Origin: Porphyridium purpureum
Lineage: Eukaryota
Assembly (NCBI GenBank): GCA_008690995.1
Contig: VRMN01000032.1
Coordinates: forward strand, 1 to 46,590
Direction: 5' to 3'
DNA length: 46,590 nt
The position numbers and the translations under genes are program-made. Shown here one piece after another: positions 11,301 to 21,345 of the stretch; within the stretch, counting starts at the first letter, position 1; each line of letters begins with the position of its first letter. The notes below the pieces were generated by a model. It was not told where the DNA came from, ran no database searches, and was given only the letters and a program-made list of their open reading frames with translations.

Positions 11301-12164
11301 GATGCTCGGTTCCACAGCGACCAGGCGGCTCTGGCTTGTCTCCCAGCGCCGGTCGCCGCTGACGATGCGCCTCCCGGAACACTCCTGTCGTCCCAGACGC
11401 AGAGTTGCCGTCGCTTTTTCCGCAAAATGCAGACAGACTGGCTCTCTGACCAAGGCACCACGACGTGGGAGTTCCACCGAAGGCACGGCATCTCCGCTCC
11501 GTTTGCGCTGGCTTGGCTGAGCATGCCGAGCGCTATACCTCTGGCAGGTCACGCGACTCGGATGCGGCCGCACGTGTGGCAAGCTGCGGTGCGCCACATG
11601 CTCGGGCTCCCGACGCGCCTGGCCCAGTTTGCTTCGCAGACTCGGTGCCCGGCCATTTCGGCCACGACCGGTGCCATTTGTGGCGAGCGCCTGGACGCTC
11701 TGGGCCGGCACGCGCTCGCTTGTGTGTTCGGGCCCTCGCGCTACGGGCGCCACGAACGCGTGGCAGAAGCGCTCCGGGACTTTGCCCACGCGGCGGGTCT
11801 GGTGACCGTGCGCGAGCCCGCGGTGTGCGACACCAGCACGGCTCGGCGGCCGTACGACGTACTGATTGGCACGACCGGCGTCGACGTCTCGGTCGTCCTG
11901 CCGGACAAGGCAGGTGCGCGGCGCACGCCCGGCTCCGCCATTCGCATCAAGACTGCGGCCAAGCTGTCGGCCTACACTTCGCTCGTGTCGGCTCGTCCGG
12001 GCCCGCTGGCAGTCAGCGCCACCGCTCACTCTGCAGCGGTGGCTCCGACTTCGTTTTGCCCGCTGGTGCTGGACATCTTTGGGCGCCTGGGCGACGATGC
12101 CCGACCTTTCCTGGCCTCGCTCGCGGGGTCATTCCAGATGGCAGGCGCGGCCAGGCCTCGATGA
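8379..12164 (+). CDS. Family B ORF2: zinc fingers, reverse transcriptase, CCHC knuckle and PD-(D/E)xK restriction-like endonuclease; extreme C-terminus frameshifted
   Basis: CPEPRC..GRHWGREH; GVRPIAVGEVLRR; IDLANAFN; GVQQGDPLGPLLF; WYLDDG; MGGLGL; C..CGERLDALGRHALAC; RHERV; RPYDVL..GVDVSV..AAKLSAY; FCPLVLDIFGRLG. The intact C-terminus is seen in the copy at 21801-22187. The ATG at 8379 is my choice within ORF 8124-12164. Confidence 0.9.
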   Translation: MNTMMSKDTFVPTLGDAPNRQAAGRAGSESDSDWAAWDTPDAGGDVGVRTEHAAVSLRQRGSLTSVRETGAERTSSASNDAPSRPAPSTGNETIMAPGLRRRRPTLSRAPILGDTESPTDSSYSTSDSGDDWLPQRERAGQPSDDHGQRPQSRGGLARPRTPQYPCPEPRCPFASSSMAHVGRHWGREHPTIMPPADVWGALELRRNKCGLAVPRTQADSACQCGPCTTAKPKCPVCDTRLDLRSSQVRHFSRHSAAQVRAVPPAVLRTLGVGQRACGKICEVNSLNHPHAISRCLDPVLCGSGLTHAQTLAVRRNRAADDLTGLDDVFAQLRNSPSEFFGAASTHTLVRFVDAVLAMQVRTWKRVPQRLSATVALELAAMLEDLARAPSELEQVRALSRLWTFPTLVLCLPPGRQPSRARAAFLVDRLHKWRADSITELVSAVPVDAALPTGTLTPDLLAKQVQKHMRAHHIGAAARLLESSGIHQVTDDVLAKLRALHPSAADTSSLRHDAHGPGQDSASAADVPWEGDDIRQLILAIPHTSGSGPSRWSASLLHQVLQTEVAGSKVQVALLRVSQALVRRGFEGQAGALWNHARLIPLRKKDGGVRPIAVGEVLRRALGKLALRCLGQAAVDSLLPLQFGVGRKSGLEAAIMGTRMAVLEPTQSEPVAALKIDLANAFNTVSRHTLLRLVHARFPELWPLVRSTYSTPSPLRLGTQMLYSARGVQQGDPLGPLLFSLVLQNVLAQFSAPQVHQVWYLDDGCVVGTPAHLAAFLLAFEHDAQAHGLAINRAKTEFILTGTMTRSDVPDGLQDLLVTSWSEAELLGVPLDATGAGRALAPIARLSRKVLDLARTVSELPCSEEAFHLLRGSVGPRRLAHLTRTMPADVIRAELASFDEGWRHCVARTVGTAPADCLDGTDVRPEWRLPLSMGGLGLTALTDVAPFAFAAGSRAAARALDQVPDDVVPPTLVRWDARFHSDQAALACLPAPVAADDAPPGTLLSSQTQSCRRFFRKMQTDWLSDQGTTTWEFHRRHGISAPFALAWLSMPSAIPLAGHATRMRPHVWQAAVRHMLGLPTRLAQFASQTRCPAISATTGAICGERLDALGRHALACVFGPSRYGRHERVAEALRDFAHAAGLVTVREPAVCDTSTARRPYDVLIGTTGVDVSVVLPDKAGARRTPGSAIRIKTAAKLSAYTSLVSARPGPLAVSATAHSAAVAPTSFCPLVLDIFGRLGDDARPFLASLAGSFQMAGAARPR

Positions 12165-12335
12165 TCTTACATCGGGCCCTTTCCTGGCCGTCTTCTGGTC
12201 GGCAGCCGAGGCCGTGCTTCTGCGGGTATTGGCACCCGCCATCCCGTGGCGGGACTGCAATGCTCTTCGGGCCTCCGCTCCTGGCGCCCACACCATGTCT
12301 CGACATCAGTCCGTGTGCTAAATGGCAAAAGAACG

Positions 12336-12592
12336 CCCGGAAAAACTCTTGGAAAAACTCCTTGCAGTGTCAGCACGAAAAGTACAGTGCTTTTTCCATT
12401 GTCTGTCTTTTTTGAGAAAACTCTAATAATAAATGGCAGAAAAACTCGTGGAAAATCTGTTCAGCCGCTGTCCTTTCAGAATAGTAGAGTGATCTGAGGT
12501 ATTTCAAACGCATCTTCGTGAATTTTGGAAAAACGTTTCTTGTACGAATTGAAAAACTCGGAGAAAAACAGCCGGAAAAAGCATGGGACTCG
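12336..12592 (+). repeat. Left subterminal repeats of the DNA transposon (GGAAAAACT-like)
   Basis: ccggaaaaactctt, ggaaaaactcc, gagaaaactc, gaaaaactcgtggaaaa, ttggaaaaacg, gaaaaactcggagaaaaacagccggaaaaagc. Confidence 0.85.
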
Positions 12593-12625
12593 CGTGAAAG
12601 GGGAAGTGATTCGTGTACCGCAACT

Positions 12626-15600
12626 TCAATTGTATGCTTGTACGCCCTCAAATGTGTTCGGGTTCACGAAGTAATACCATCGGCTAAGCTTCTGCGATGT
12701 ATCCTGGAATGCTGTCACCCTCCCTGTTATCATCGTCGCGTCTATCACTTGCACGGAGTCGCTTTGCAATCTCTGGTGGTGGAACACGGGCTCGAGACGC
12801 ATGCACTTGCTGGCGCACTGCGACTTGGAGGATTCTCCATCATGCCCTTCGAAGTCCTGAATCACTGCGACATCGAAGGTCTCGTTGTGCTCATCCGTAT
12901 TTATCGTGATCCGGGCGATTAAGATGCATTTCCCGTACGCGTACTGGTCCGGGTGGGTCGAGTGCTTTGAGTACTCGACGAAGTCCCATCGCGGATTCTT
13001 ATAGTGATCCGGATGCGCGACGATGCATTCGACAGTCTGCCTTCGGTGCTTGAGCTGCATTTGTCGAAAAGCCTCGAGTACAACTGATGCATGCGTCGCT
13101 TCAGCGCGGAACTTGTTCATCGCGAAACGTTTCAAAGCGCTATCCATTCTCGCCCATAGAGCTACCCTTTCAGCGTTGCTGTTTGTGCTGTTGGATGTAC
13201 GCGAAGCGTATGGGTTCCATATTTGTGGTTGCCATTCCAAAGCACTTCGAAACCCGTTCTCTCTGGTATATGTCCAGACGGTGCATGCGTCGCGCCAGAC
13301 ACCGAATAAAGACGATGAGAAATGTATTGACGATCCTCGATGCCGGTACCATGGGTGTCTTTGATTTGCTGTGTTCTCATTTGGTGCCGTGTTGGTGAAC
13401 GTCCGCACGTCTGATTGTTGGCCCTCATTCGAATACGCGTCTCGCGTTAGTTGCCAGAGCCAGCGATTCGAAAACGATGCAAGTTCGTGCTTAGCAGCGC
13501 GGCGTAGCATAGATTCATGCGGCTTCCAAGTGTCCGAACCAACCAGCGACTTGAACCAGACCTTGTCAACTTGGAAGGATTTTTCACCGTCCGTCGTATC
13601 CCAAAATTTCATCGGCCCGAAGTCCGCCAAATTATCGCCAAAGTGAGAAAGCGCATGGATCTTTGGAGCATTCCAAGGTAGATTAATGCGCTGTGTGAAT
13701 ATTCGAAGCCGCGATTGCACTTCACTTGTGAGACTTGGGATGCGAATCAGCAGGTCACGGGGAATCACTCGCAGATATAGTACGCCGTACAACTGAATAC
13801 ATCGAATTGCAAGATTGGTGAAGGCAATGCGTGCATGATCCTCGAGGATGTCTTCCTGTTGTATGAGTACGACCATTTGGAGAAGGTGACCAAGCGAGTA
13901 TGATTGTTCAGCGAGTTTTGTCAAGTCGAGTAAGAAGTTAGAGGAGCGAATTCGCGTGTACACAGCGTGTCGTCGGAAGCTGGCTTCATTCATGATATTC
14001 GTGGCTATTCGGCTCCATGCTTTTCCAGCGGCTGAGTCAATGATTCCGCGAAGCTGATCTGTTGCGCTGCCTTTGTGCTTTGGAGTTGCCGTCTTCAATG
14101 GGAGCGCACGGCCATGTGCACTCGAGTGTGAAAATCTCGTCCCGCTGGGCGGAGCGCTTGCTGTCTTTCGTTTCTTTGCGGGTGACGCTTGTCCAGATTG
14201 TGATGGTCCATCGATGTCAGACGCGCATTCGCTGTTGGATTCGGAACCATGTTCGCTGTTGCTCTCGCCTGCACTGGCACATGTATCTTCGCTTCTATCA
14301 AGCGATGCCATGGCACCGATTGCGTCTTCTTCCTCCCCATGCTTTGAATATTGCTTCGCGCGCTCTTGCGCTTCCGTGAGTTCAAAGACAACGTTTGCTA
14401 CTCGGTGGGTGACATTTGGCTTGCTCAGTAATGCCTTGAGTCCGGCAACGGTTATGCCGCGGAACCAGAAAGCCAAGAAACCGTGAAGCCCATCGATACC
14501 GGTCAGTTGGAACCTTCCACGATTAAGAAGCCTTATGTGTTCCTCGTATCCAGCTGCAAGTTCGTTGAAATCTTTGTCATCATTCTCGTCGAAGCGATTC
14601 CATCCGATCGCTGCATGTTCTCCGATGAACTGCAGAGAATGTGCCTTTCTCATCGAAGCTCCCCATTCGGATAAGTGTTGGGTCACAAGGTGTTCAATTT
14701 TCTTCTCTGATCGATACTGCAGGGGACGTCGTGTAACCCAGAACTCATCATTTTCTGTTTGATGTGGCGCCGCTGGTGTGCTGAGCGTGTGTATCGATGA
14801 TTGTGGAGCTTGTACCATACATTGATGACAGGGCATTTTCTGCGCGCGCCCACCGGATACAAACGATGCCTTGGTGAAAGAGCACTTTGACATCATTGGC
14901 ATGTCCATCGATAATTTGTACACGATGGGAAAGAAAAGCAGTCGACGCTGCTGCCATGTTACTGGGATGCCATGTTTGTTAGCAGCTAGCGTGTCGTAAA
15001 ATGTTTTGCTCATGATCGCGTGATACATCGACGATTCGAGCTCACGTCGAGCCAACTTTGCATTGATGTGGAGGTTTTGGCTCGCTCCGAATGCTCTAGC
15101 AACGCATTCAGTGTCCACCGCAGGTAAATACGCGACGACATGTGGCTCACGGTGAGCATCTGAGCAGAACATGCGACGATGGACGATACGGATCTTGAGC
15201 GGCGTCATTGTATGACGCCCGTTCTGTGTCATGTGCGCTTCGTCAGCGTATATCTGCAGCGGAAGTAGAACTGCCTCAGGTGGGTCCGGACCATATTTCT
15301 GCCTGACTTCGAATGCGATGCGACGAGCTGCGTTGACACACAGGTTACCATCTTGCGGGAAAACGAGGGACTTGCGCTGTTGGTCTTCGAAGAGATTGAT
15401 TTTCAAGGCGTCCAAACCGTATTCCCTGATGATGGAAACAACCGAATTTACTGCGAGCTCCATTGGCTCACGGAAGCGAATCTTTTGGACCACATTGCGA
15501 GGTAAAATCTTCCCATGCAGTGTCTTCCCTGCGCCGTATTCAATAATTGCCTCCTGAGCATCGATGACTGTGTTTCCGATGATATCCGATATGCATTGCT

Positions 15601-16540
15601 TAGATCTGTGGGTGAAAAGAAGGGTCGAAGCTCGCTTAACCAGACCCGCAGCTGATTCGCTGATACTTGTTTGCATCACAGAGAAGGCCTTCTCAAGTAA
15701 AGATGCATCGCAGGTCGATAGATTCCTTCTCAAATCCGTGAAGGCGCGCCTGATTATTCGAGTAATATACCGAAGAGTCGTGCGAGTAGTGATGCGTAAC
15801 AGCTGCATCTCCATCGACTTTAGTTCAAGTGCTTCGCGAGTGGAAATGGCGTGCTTGTGCATAAACATCTCCTGTTCACTTTTAAACCTTAGAACTTCGA
15901 CTGCATCGTCGATGTCAATGTTCTCCGATGAGCCTATGCCAGTCAACGTGCGCACGTACTTCGAGATGCTGTCGTCGCGGTGTTGTAGGCGCTGGCGTAA
16001 AGTCTTCTGGTCGAGTAATCTCTCAAAACGCTTTGCATAACGGGTCACAAGCGTTTCGACGTCAATCTCTCGACTAGGATACGCATCGCTCATCTGTGCT
16101 GCATCGTGTCCCATACGTTCTGCTTCGTTGGCTTCATCATTGTCTGCCGCGTCATTCTCTAGAGCAAGATCATCATCCGATTCAATCTGCTCTTCTGGGT
16201 CCACGAAGTCATCACCGCCATCATTGTCGCTGTCCCGTGCGCTGTCGTCATGATTGTCTATGCCGGCACTGACGTCAAAGTCAATTCCACTGCGTGTATC
16301 GTCATCGCATGGGCCACCGTACACAGCAGTCGACCGTCGAAGATTCGCGTATGGAATGCGCCCTGTGCGTACACGCAGTCTGCAGCACAGTTTGTGTTCT
16401 CGCATGACTTGGACCCGCGCAGTGTAAGATAAACCTTGTCCTTCAGGCGGTGAAAAATCGCAGTTGACACCATCGCATTGTAATCTTTTCTCTCGACGAC
16501 GATGCCACGGCTTGTGGGCGAGGCTCTCACGACTATCCAT
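12626..16540 (-). CDS. Plavaka-type (EnSpm/CACTA-related) transposase, ~1300 aa, intact ORF
   Basis: LLPLQIYADEAHMTQNGRHTMTPLKIRI, SMDMP..C, PCHQC, IDGLHGF, WNAPKIHALSHFGDNLADFGPMKFWDTTDGEKSF and C-terminal HPDHYKNPRWDFVEY match the motifs I recall for Plavaka/CMC transposases. N-terminal Cys/His cluster and acidic tract. First ATG at 16540 within ORF 12626-16621. Confidence 0.8.
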   Translation of the reverse strand: MDSRESLAHKPWHRRREKRLQCDGVNCDFSPPEGQGLSYTARVQVMREHKLCCRLRVRTGRIPYANLRRSTAVYGGPCDDDTRSGIDFDVSAGIDNHDDSARDSDNDGGDDFVDPEEQIESDDDLALENDAADNDEANEAERMGHDAAQMSDAYPSREIDVETLVTRYAKRFERLLDQKTLRQRLQHRDDSISKYVRTLTGIGSSENIDIDDAVEVLRFKSEQEMFMHKHAISTREALELKSMEMQLLRITTRTTLRYITRIIRRAFTDLRRNLSTCDASLLEKAFSVMQTSISESAAGLVKRASTLLFTHRSKQCISDIIGNTVIDAQEAIIEYGAGKTLHGKILPRNVVQKIRFREPMELAVNSVVSIIREYGLDALKINLFEDQQRKSLVFPQDGNLCVNAARRIAFEVRQKYGPDPPEAVLLPLQIYADEAHMTQNGRHTMTPLKIRIVHRRMFCSDAHREPHVVAYLPAVDTECVARAFGASQNLHINAKLARRELESSMYHAIMSKTFYDTLAANKHGIPVTWQQRRLLFFPIVYKLSMDMPMMSKCSFTKASFVSGGRAQKMPCHQCMVQAPQSSIHTLSTPAAPHQTENDEFWVTRRPLQYRSEKKIEHLVTQHLSEWGASMRKAHSLQFIGEHAAIGWNRFDENDDKDFNELAAGYEEHIRLLNRGRFQLTGIDGLHGFLAFWFRGITVAGLKALLSKPNVTHRVANVVFELTEAQERAKQYSKHGEEEDAIGAMASLDRSEDTCASAGESNSEHGSESNSECASDIDGPSQSGQASPAKKRKTASAPPSGTRFSHSSAHGRALPLKTATPKHKGSATDQLRGIIDSAAGKAWSRIATNIMNEASFRRHAVYTRIRSSNFLLDLTKLAEQSYSLGHLLQMVVLIQQEDILEDHARIAFTNLAIRCIQLYGVLYLRVIPRDLLIRIPSLTSEVQSRLRIFTQRINLPWNAPKIHALSHFGDNLADFGPMKFWDTTDGEKSFQVDKVWFKSLVGSDTWKPHESMLRRAAKHELASFSNRWLWQLTRDAYSNEGQQSDVRTFTNTAPNENTANQRHPWYRHRGSSIHFSSSLFGVWRDACTVWTYTRENGFRSALEWQPQIWNPYASRTSNSTNSNAERVALWARMDSALKRFAMNKFRAEATHASVVLEAFRQMQLKHRRQTVECIVAHPDHYKNPRWDFVEYSKHSTHPDQYAYGKCILIARITINTDEHNETFDVAVIQDFEGHDGESSKSQCASKCMRLEPVFHHQRLQSDSVQVIDATMITGRVTAFQDTSQKLSRWYYFVNPNTFEGVQAYN

Positions 16541-16595
16541 GCCTATGCGCCGAATCTCTTTAACTCCCCTCGCACGGCCCCCTCGCGCCGTCCAA

Positions 16596-16671
16596 TCGTC
16601 CCGTCCTATCGTCCGGCCCACTCGTCCCGTCCTATCGTCCGGCCCACTCGTCCCGTCCTATCGTCCGGCCC
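16596..16671. repeat. Tandem repeat, 3 x 26 bp (ctcgtcccgtcctatcgtccggccca), just upstream of the transposase
   Basis: Three essentially perfect units read directly, ~55 bp 5' of the transposase ATG. Confidence 0.95.
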
Positions 16672-17507
16672 TTTCTTCGCGTGCGTCTAAGTTGACGCTA
16701 TTTTCTTCAAGTTGTTGGTGTGCATTACATCACCGCACTATTCAAGTATTATTACTAAAATGGCGTAGTTTCACAATACGTGCAATATGGGAATGCTTGG
16801 CTAGACTTTAAGATTTGAAAAGGGTCAAATTTATGATGGATGCAAAGGATCAGACTGAGCCTCTTGAGCTGACCAGCACTGATGGTGTAAGTGCATAGCA
16901 TACGAAGCGGCAGAGTGGGGCTTCGAATACAGGGCCGCGGTGGTAGAGCAGGTTCCGGCGAGAGAGCCAGTATTTGGGCGCGGCGGCTGGGCATTGGGTT
17001 CGAAAGGAAGCCACGCTTAGAAGCAGTCACAATCTGGGAAGTGTCATTATTTCTCGACATTTGACCCAGGAATCGGGTGGAGAAGTAGGGCGCTTCCGTC
17101 TTTCCGTGTGATCTAGCTTAGAATCATACTTGCAGTTATCGGCGTGTATTTACTGGGAGAATACTTTTTTCCCGCGCATTTGATTCCTCTTTTCAGTTGT
17201 GGGTATTTGGCAGTAGTATTAGTGCACAGTGGTGTATAGCGTCCACACTCTGTGTCGCGGTGAAAGAGAAAAGAAAATCGCTGAGAGTGAAGCATCAAAA
17301 TCAGCCCTCGGCACAAGTGCAACGCATGAGAAAACGTCGTCGTCTGAGGAGAGCACCTAGAGTGTGGAGGCCAGCGGTTCTGGAGAGGAGGAAAGTAGCG
17401 ATGCAGAGGACTAAGCGAATGCCGAGGGATCTGAACCGCGAACTGCTCCGGCGTGCAAACATCGCTGGTTTATGTGACGTTGAATGGAACGTAAATGTTC
17501 CATATCG

Positions 17508-18461
17508 TTAAAGGCCATGCGTTGCCTGAAGTAAGTAATCGTGCGCACATCTGCAATCAGTGATCAAGTCGGCCGCCACGCGGCCGCGTCTGCGACAGGA
17601 TCCGCTGACACAGTCACGCGAGCACGCCAGAGGAGCATCCATAGCTGCATCGGCAGAGCGCTTCGATAATCCAAACCTGATACAAGCAGAACCGTACGTG
17701 GCCTCGTAACATTCGAACACTCCGCGAATCTTATCCTGAGCAACCCACGAATAATCAGGCCAAGGATAACGGCACGAACCTTTGATATTCCAGCGGACCA
17801 GTAAGTACGATGACAATTTGCTCCAGATCACGTTGACGTCTGGCAGAGCACGAGCCCCAACAAGCTCAACTGCCAAGGGCCGACCTTCGAAGCGCACATA
17901 CACGCGACTGATCCGATGGTTTTTGGTTTTCAATCGCATATCGAACGCCGGATGTTCCAATAGAATTGCCTCGGGGATCGGTGATTGTACATCGTCGATG
18001 CGCTCAACCCTCGCTGGCCAACCGTCCGCATTCTTCTCTGGCCATTCCACCATCACCAGCTCAGGTACACTATGCTTCTCCTTACATCCCGTGTACGCAC
18101 AGTCGACTCCAGCCAAGAAGCCAGTCAAACCTTGCTGTGCATTGACCATCGATGCACGTAGCCAGACCAGTTCTGCGTGAAAGCTTGACTCGGTGGGATA
18201 CTTTACACGGGGCTCCATCGGAGGCGTCGGAAGCGATACACGCTGCCACTCGCACTGCTTCAAGATATCGATGAGTTCATTGACATCGTTGCGCAGACTA
18301 TGCAGTTCTGCCTCAACACGCGCAAGCTTGGAGTCGGTGATCATCGCGTGCAGCGCATACTCGCGTGCCTTTAATTCGCTGGTATTTTGCGCAATAATAT
18401 TGGCGTTCAGCGCCATCGCGAGCTGCATCCGCAATTGCTCCACTTCCTCTCTATCCGACAT
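17508..18461 (-). CDS. Transposon accessory protein, 317 aa: N-terminal coiled coil, putative PWWP/chromo (Royal family)-like region, C-terminal Cys cluster
   Basis: ATG-initiated ORF inside the TIRs. Heptad-rich N-terminus; VMVEWPEKNADGWPARV and YLLVRW..DYSWVAQDKI resemble PWWP/chromo aromatic motifs; CSRDCVSGSC..DCRCAH. The domain call is tentative. Confidence 0.6.
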   Translation of the reverse strand: MSDREEVEQLRMQLAMALNANIIAQNTSELKAREYALHAMITDSKLARVEAELHSLRNDVNELIDILKQCEWQRVSLPTPPMEPRVKYPTESSFHAELVWLRASMVNAQQGLTGFLAGVDCAYTGCKEKHSVPELVMVEWPEKNADGWPARVERIDDVQSPIPEAILLEHPAFDMRLKTKNHRISRVYVRFEGRPLAVELVGARALPDVNVIWSKLSSYLLVRWNIKGSCRYPWPDYSWVAQDKIRGVFECYEATYGSACIRFGLSKRSADAAMDAPLACSRDCVSGSCRRRGRVAADLITDCRCAHDYLLQATHGL

Positions 18462-19170
18462 GACTGAATGGCGTAAAGGACGGAGCCTTCTCAGCGACTA
18501 CACCACCGTTGATCTAAACTGCTCGCCTTCGTCCAACTTGGGCACAGACGCCAATACATCAGACATGCATACAGTAGTTAGCCGTTCACCCTGAGCGAGC
18601 ACTTTCTAGTAAAACGAACGTGCTTTTATGTGATGCCCCATAAACCCACACGGCAGACCTGTTACACTACACGGAAAATGCACATGAAAAATTCGCCGCA
18701 GGATCACATTTCCAGCGTAGCGCGCCAAAAATGCTCAAATACAAGAACCGCACGCAAGGTGGCGCTCACACTTGACATGTCAAGACAAAGCTGAGAAGCG
18801 GAAGAGTTGGTGGTGCAGCGTGTTGCCGCTTGCGAAACGGGGTGTGGAGCGGCTTGTCGAACGGTGTGCGGCGGGCAGTGCTCGGCGGTTTGCGGCGCGC
18901 AGCGATCGGCGTTTCATGCTGTGGCTCGGGTGCGGGATGTGTTGCTGAGGAAGGTGCGGGTTGACGTACAAATACGACGATTCATCACGAGGAGTCATCT
19001 GGCGAGCCGCGAAGTCTGGGTGGCCTGCGTGTAGTCGATGACGCGACACTTTGGCGCATTGAACGACACACGGATCGGAGACCAGCTTGTGGCATCGACG
19101 AAATATCTGCGGTGGTTGCGATTACACGTGCATATCAGCTGCGAAGAGAACTGGAAGAACTCGCTCTCAC

Positions 19171-21345
19171 ATGGGACCAAACCCGCGCCCTCCAGGTCTG
19201 CGCGGACGCGCCGGAAAACATGTTGCTAGAAAGAAGTGTCGAGCTGGTGAACGCAATTGCGAAACCCGAATAGCACCGACGTACGCACAAACAGCAGCGA
19301 TGAATACAACGACGGAAGTCGAGGAACAAGATCCATTCATAAGTCTGAAAACTGGCGCGGCAGCATCGAACACGTTCCCGGACAGTAATGTGGATGCTTA
19401 TGTTACATCCATGGAAACCGTTGCGTCGTTTTTGTATGAAAGCGAAACCACCGTGATGCAGCCAACGACGACTGGCGAAGGCCTCAATGCACAGCTGCCC
19501 ATTAACCCCGTCGATCGCATATGTTTTACGCCATCGGATGCGACTCAGGACATCAGCTTCGAAACAGTTTACCCGACGGCAACCACTGCGCGAATAGTAT
19601 GCCCTGAATCAAAAAGCCCCACCGGGATCCGCGCAAAGACCTACTCGATGAATATTTCGATGAATACTTCGATGACCAAGCAGACATCTAAATTGAAGAA
19701 GCGCAACGTGACACAGAAGCCGTATACCAAAGGAAGTATATGTGATCTTGACCTCGTGAGATTTTTTCGACAAGGGACGGCGCCGCTGATGCCTTTGACA
19801 ATTACGGAAGAGTGTTTGGCAGCGATGGATTCATTTGCAGCGATGCGCGACCCCAAGCGCGCGGCGCCCAACCATGTCGACAATGATCATCCGATGGGAA
19901 TCCGAGATACCGCTCTCAATGAGACGCGCGGTACGGACCATGGACGCAACGTTGTGGTACCACAGACACAACAGACGAACGCATGGTATACGGATTACTA
20001 CACGTCTAACACATCCCCGTCCACCAATGGCTTCGCCTTCGCGTACATTTCAAAGTGCATGACTAAGCTGAGTTCATCGCACATCCTCGAATTGAAAGCA
20101 GCGCGTGAACGAGCTTTGACGTTGACCTACACTACGATCCGGCGATACTTATTCATCGGCGTCTCGCTTATCGCCCCGCTGGCTGGCAATGATATGCTAT
20201 CACATGACTTCGCTGGACAATTGAAGGATACAGCATTTCCAGACGACGCAGGTGCTTGCGCTGACTTGACTTACGATTTCCTGAAGTCCCTCGACGCAAT
20301 GAATATGTCACCAGAGCTACAAAGAAAAATCCTTGTTCGAAGCATGACACGATGTCTCATCGGGCATCAAGCTTGGTCCGTTTTCCTGAACCCAGCGGCG
20401 TTTCCCATCAAACATATTCCGAATGCGCTCAAAGACCTGGGCGTCATCGATATCAGCGAGTTCAAGGACGTGCATTCCTGGGTATTCGTCGAACTGATCG
20501 CAACCGGATTGCGCATATACGCAGTGCTATATGCGACGATCTGCTCGCTCCAACCCATAACGTCATGCGAAAATGACCAATCAGAGGAACGATGGACACC
20601 GGAACATTTCGAAAGCATCTTGATATCCGAATCTGCAGCGAATCGACACTTCGAACAAGCGACGTCGACTATTCTCTCGTATATGCTGTCCTGCAACCAT
20701 GCTTCCAACGAACCGGCATGTTTGATTAACGAATCTCAAGTCGAAGACAGTCCGCTGCATTTACGGACACGTCGATTGCTGACGCACTTCCAGACACTCA
20801 AACCCATGCGACGAACTAACTGCGTTTTGCATCCCAACAAACCAGCGCTCTTTACCGACACATACACAGGCATCATCGACTTTCTCAAGTCCATGCAGCA
20901 ATCAAGTATGACGCTGCACAGAGCGATGAAGACGCTGAATTCGGGATCGCTACCAGGTCAGTGGGGAAAACCGTTCCCATCGTCGGCGATTTTATACACC
21001 CGCGGCTCTAGAAGCGATGGTTTTGATCCATGTCTCGTCGACGACAGCAAGCGACGACTGCTCGAGCAACGAAAAGCCTTATTCGACGCAAACTTTCTCA
21101 GACTCTATCTCCGAAACATCATCGCCGCTTTACCGCAGATTCTGCCACAGTACAAGATGGCATGCACGAATACGGATACGGACGACGTCGAAGTACTTCG
21201 CCGAGGCATATGGGAAGCCGTGATAGCTTTCGGGAAGCAAACGCTGATCCATGTCCTCACTGATAAAGCGTTGAGCATTCCCTTGCCCTCGAAGACGCGC
21301 AACGAATACGACGACGACGATGACTGTTTTGCAAATTTCCTTTAG
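19171..21345 (+). CDS. Transposon accessory protein of unknown function (~680-725 aa)
   Basis: Long uninterrupted ORF (19087-21345) inside the TIRs, divergent from the other two ORFs. Candidate ATGs at 19171 and 19300. Thr/Ser-rich N-terminus, helical core, acidic tail. No family recognised. Confidence 0.7.
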   Translation: MGPNPRPPGLRGRAGKHVARKKCRAGERNCETRIAPTYAQTAAMNTTTEVEEQDPFISLKTGAAASNTFPDSNVDAYVTSMETVASFLYESETTVMQPTTTGEGLNAQLPINPVDRICFTPSDATQDISFETVYPTATTARIVCPESKSPTGIRAKTYSMNISMNTSMTKQTSKLKKRNVTQKPYTKGSICDLDLVRFFRQGTAPLMPLTITEECLAAMDSFAAMRDPKRAAPNHVDNDHPMGIRDTALNETRGTDHGRNVVVPQTQQTNAWYTDYYTSNTSPSTNGFAFAYISKCMTKLSSSHILELKAARERALTLTYTTIRRYLFIGVSLIAPLAGNDMLSHDFAGQLKDTAFPDDAGACADLTYDFLKSLDAMNMSPELQRKILVRSMTRCLIGHQAWSVFLNPAAFPIKHIPNALKDLGVIDISEFKDVHSWVFVELIATGLRIYAVLYATICSLQPITSCENDQSEERWTPEHFESILISESAANRHFEQATSTILSYMLSCNHASNEPACLINESQVEDSPLHLRTRRLLTHFQTLKPMRRTNCVLHPNKPALFTDTYTGIIDFLKSMQQSSMTLHRAMKTLNSGSLPGQWGKPFPSSAILYTRGSRSDGFDPCLVDDSKRRLLEQRKALFDANFLRLYLRNIIAALPQILPQYKMACTNTDTDDVEVLRRGIWEAVIAFGKQTLIHVLTDKALSIPLPSKTRNEYDDDDDCFANFL

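Larger units (their letters stand above)
6350..12306 (+). mobile_element. CRE-clade non-LTR retrotransposon, family B, near full-length; interrupted at 12306 by a DNA transposon and resuming at 21659-21746
   Basis: Two long + ORFs with zinc fingers, RT and REL. Joining 12306 to 21661 restores cgacat|tggccactgctcc, as in the uninterrupted copy at ~22156-22173. The 5' boundary is approximate. Confidence 0.88.

Noticed and set aside
439..12164. RTs as group II intron, retron, DGR or telomerase RTs
   Set aside because: The motif set (RPIAVGE, QQGDPLGP, YLDD, GGLGL, CCHC plus REL) and the 5'-truncated copies indicate CRE-clade non-LTR elements.
94..12415. Many long antisense and alternate-frame ORFs over the retroelements
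   Set aside because: Shadow ORFs caused by very high GC; Arg/Ala/Pro-rich with no motifs.
18807..19034. Small Cys-rich ORF (CETGCGAACRTVCGGQCSAVC)
   Set aside because: Non-ATG start in the GC/GT-rich divergent promoter region; likely a compositional artefact.
17508..21345. A TET/JBP dioxygenase as transposon cargo, as expected from fungal Plavaka/KDZ loci
   Set aside because: I could not recognise an HxD...H...R double-stranded beta-helix pattern in either accessory ORF. A profile search is needed to exclude it fully.
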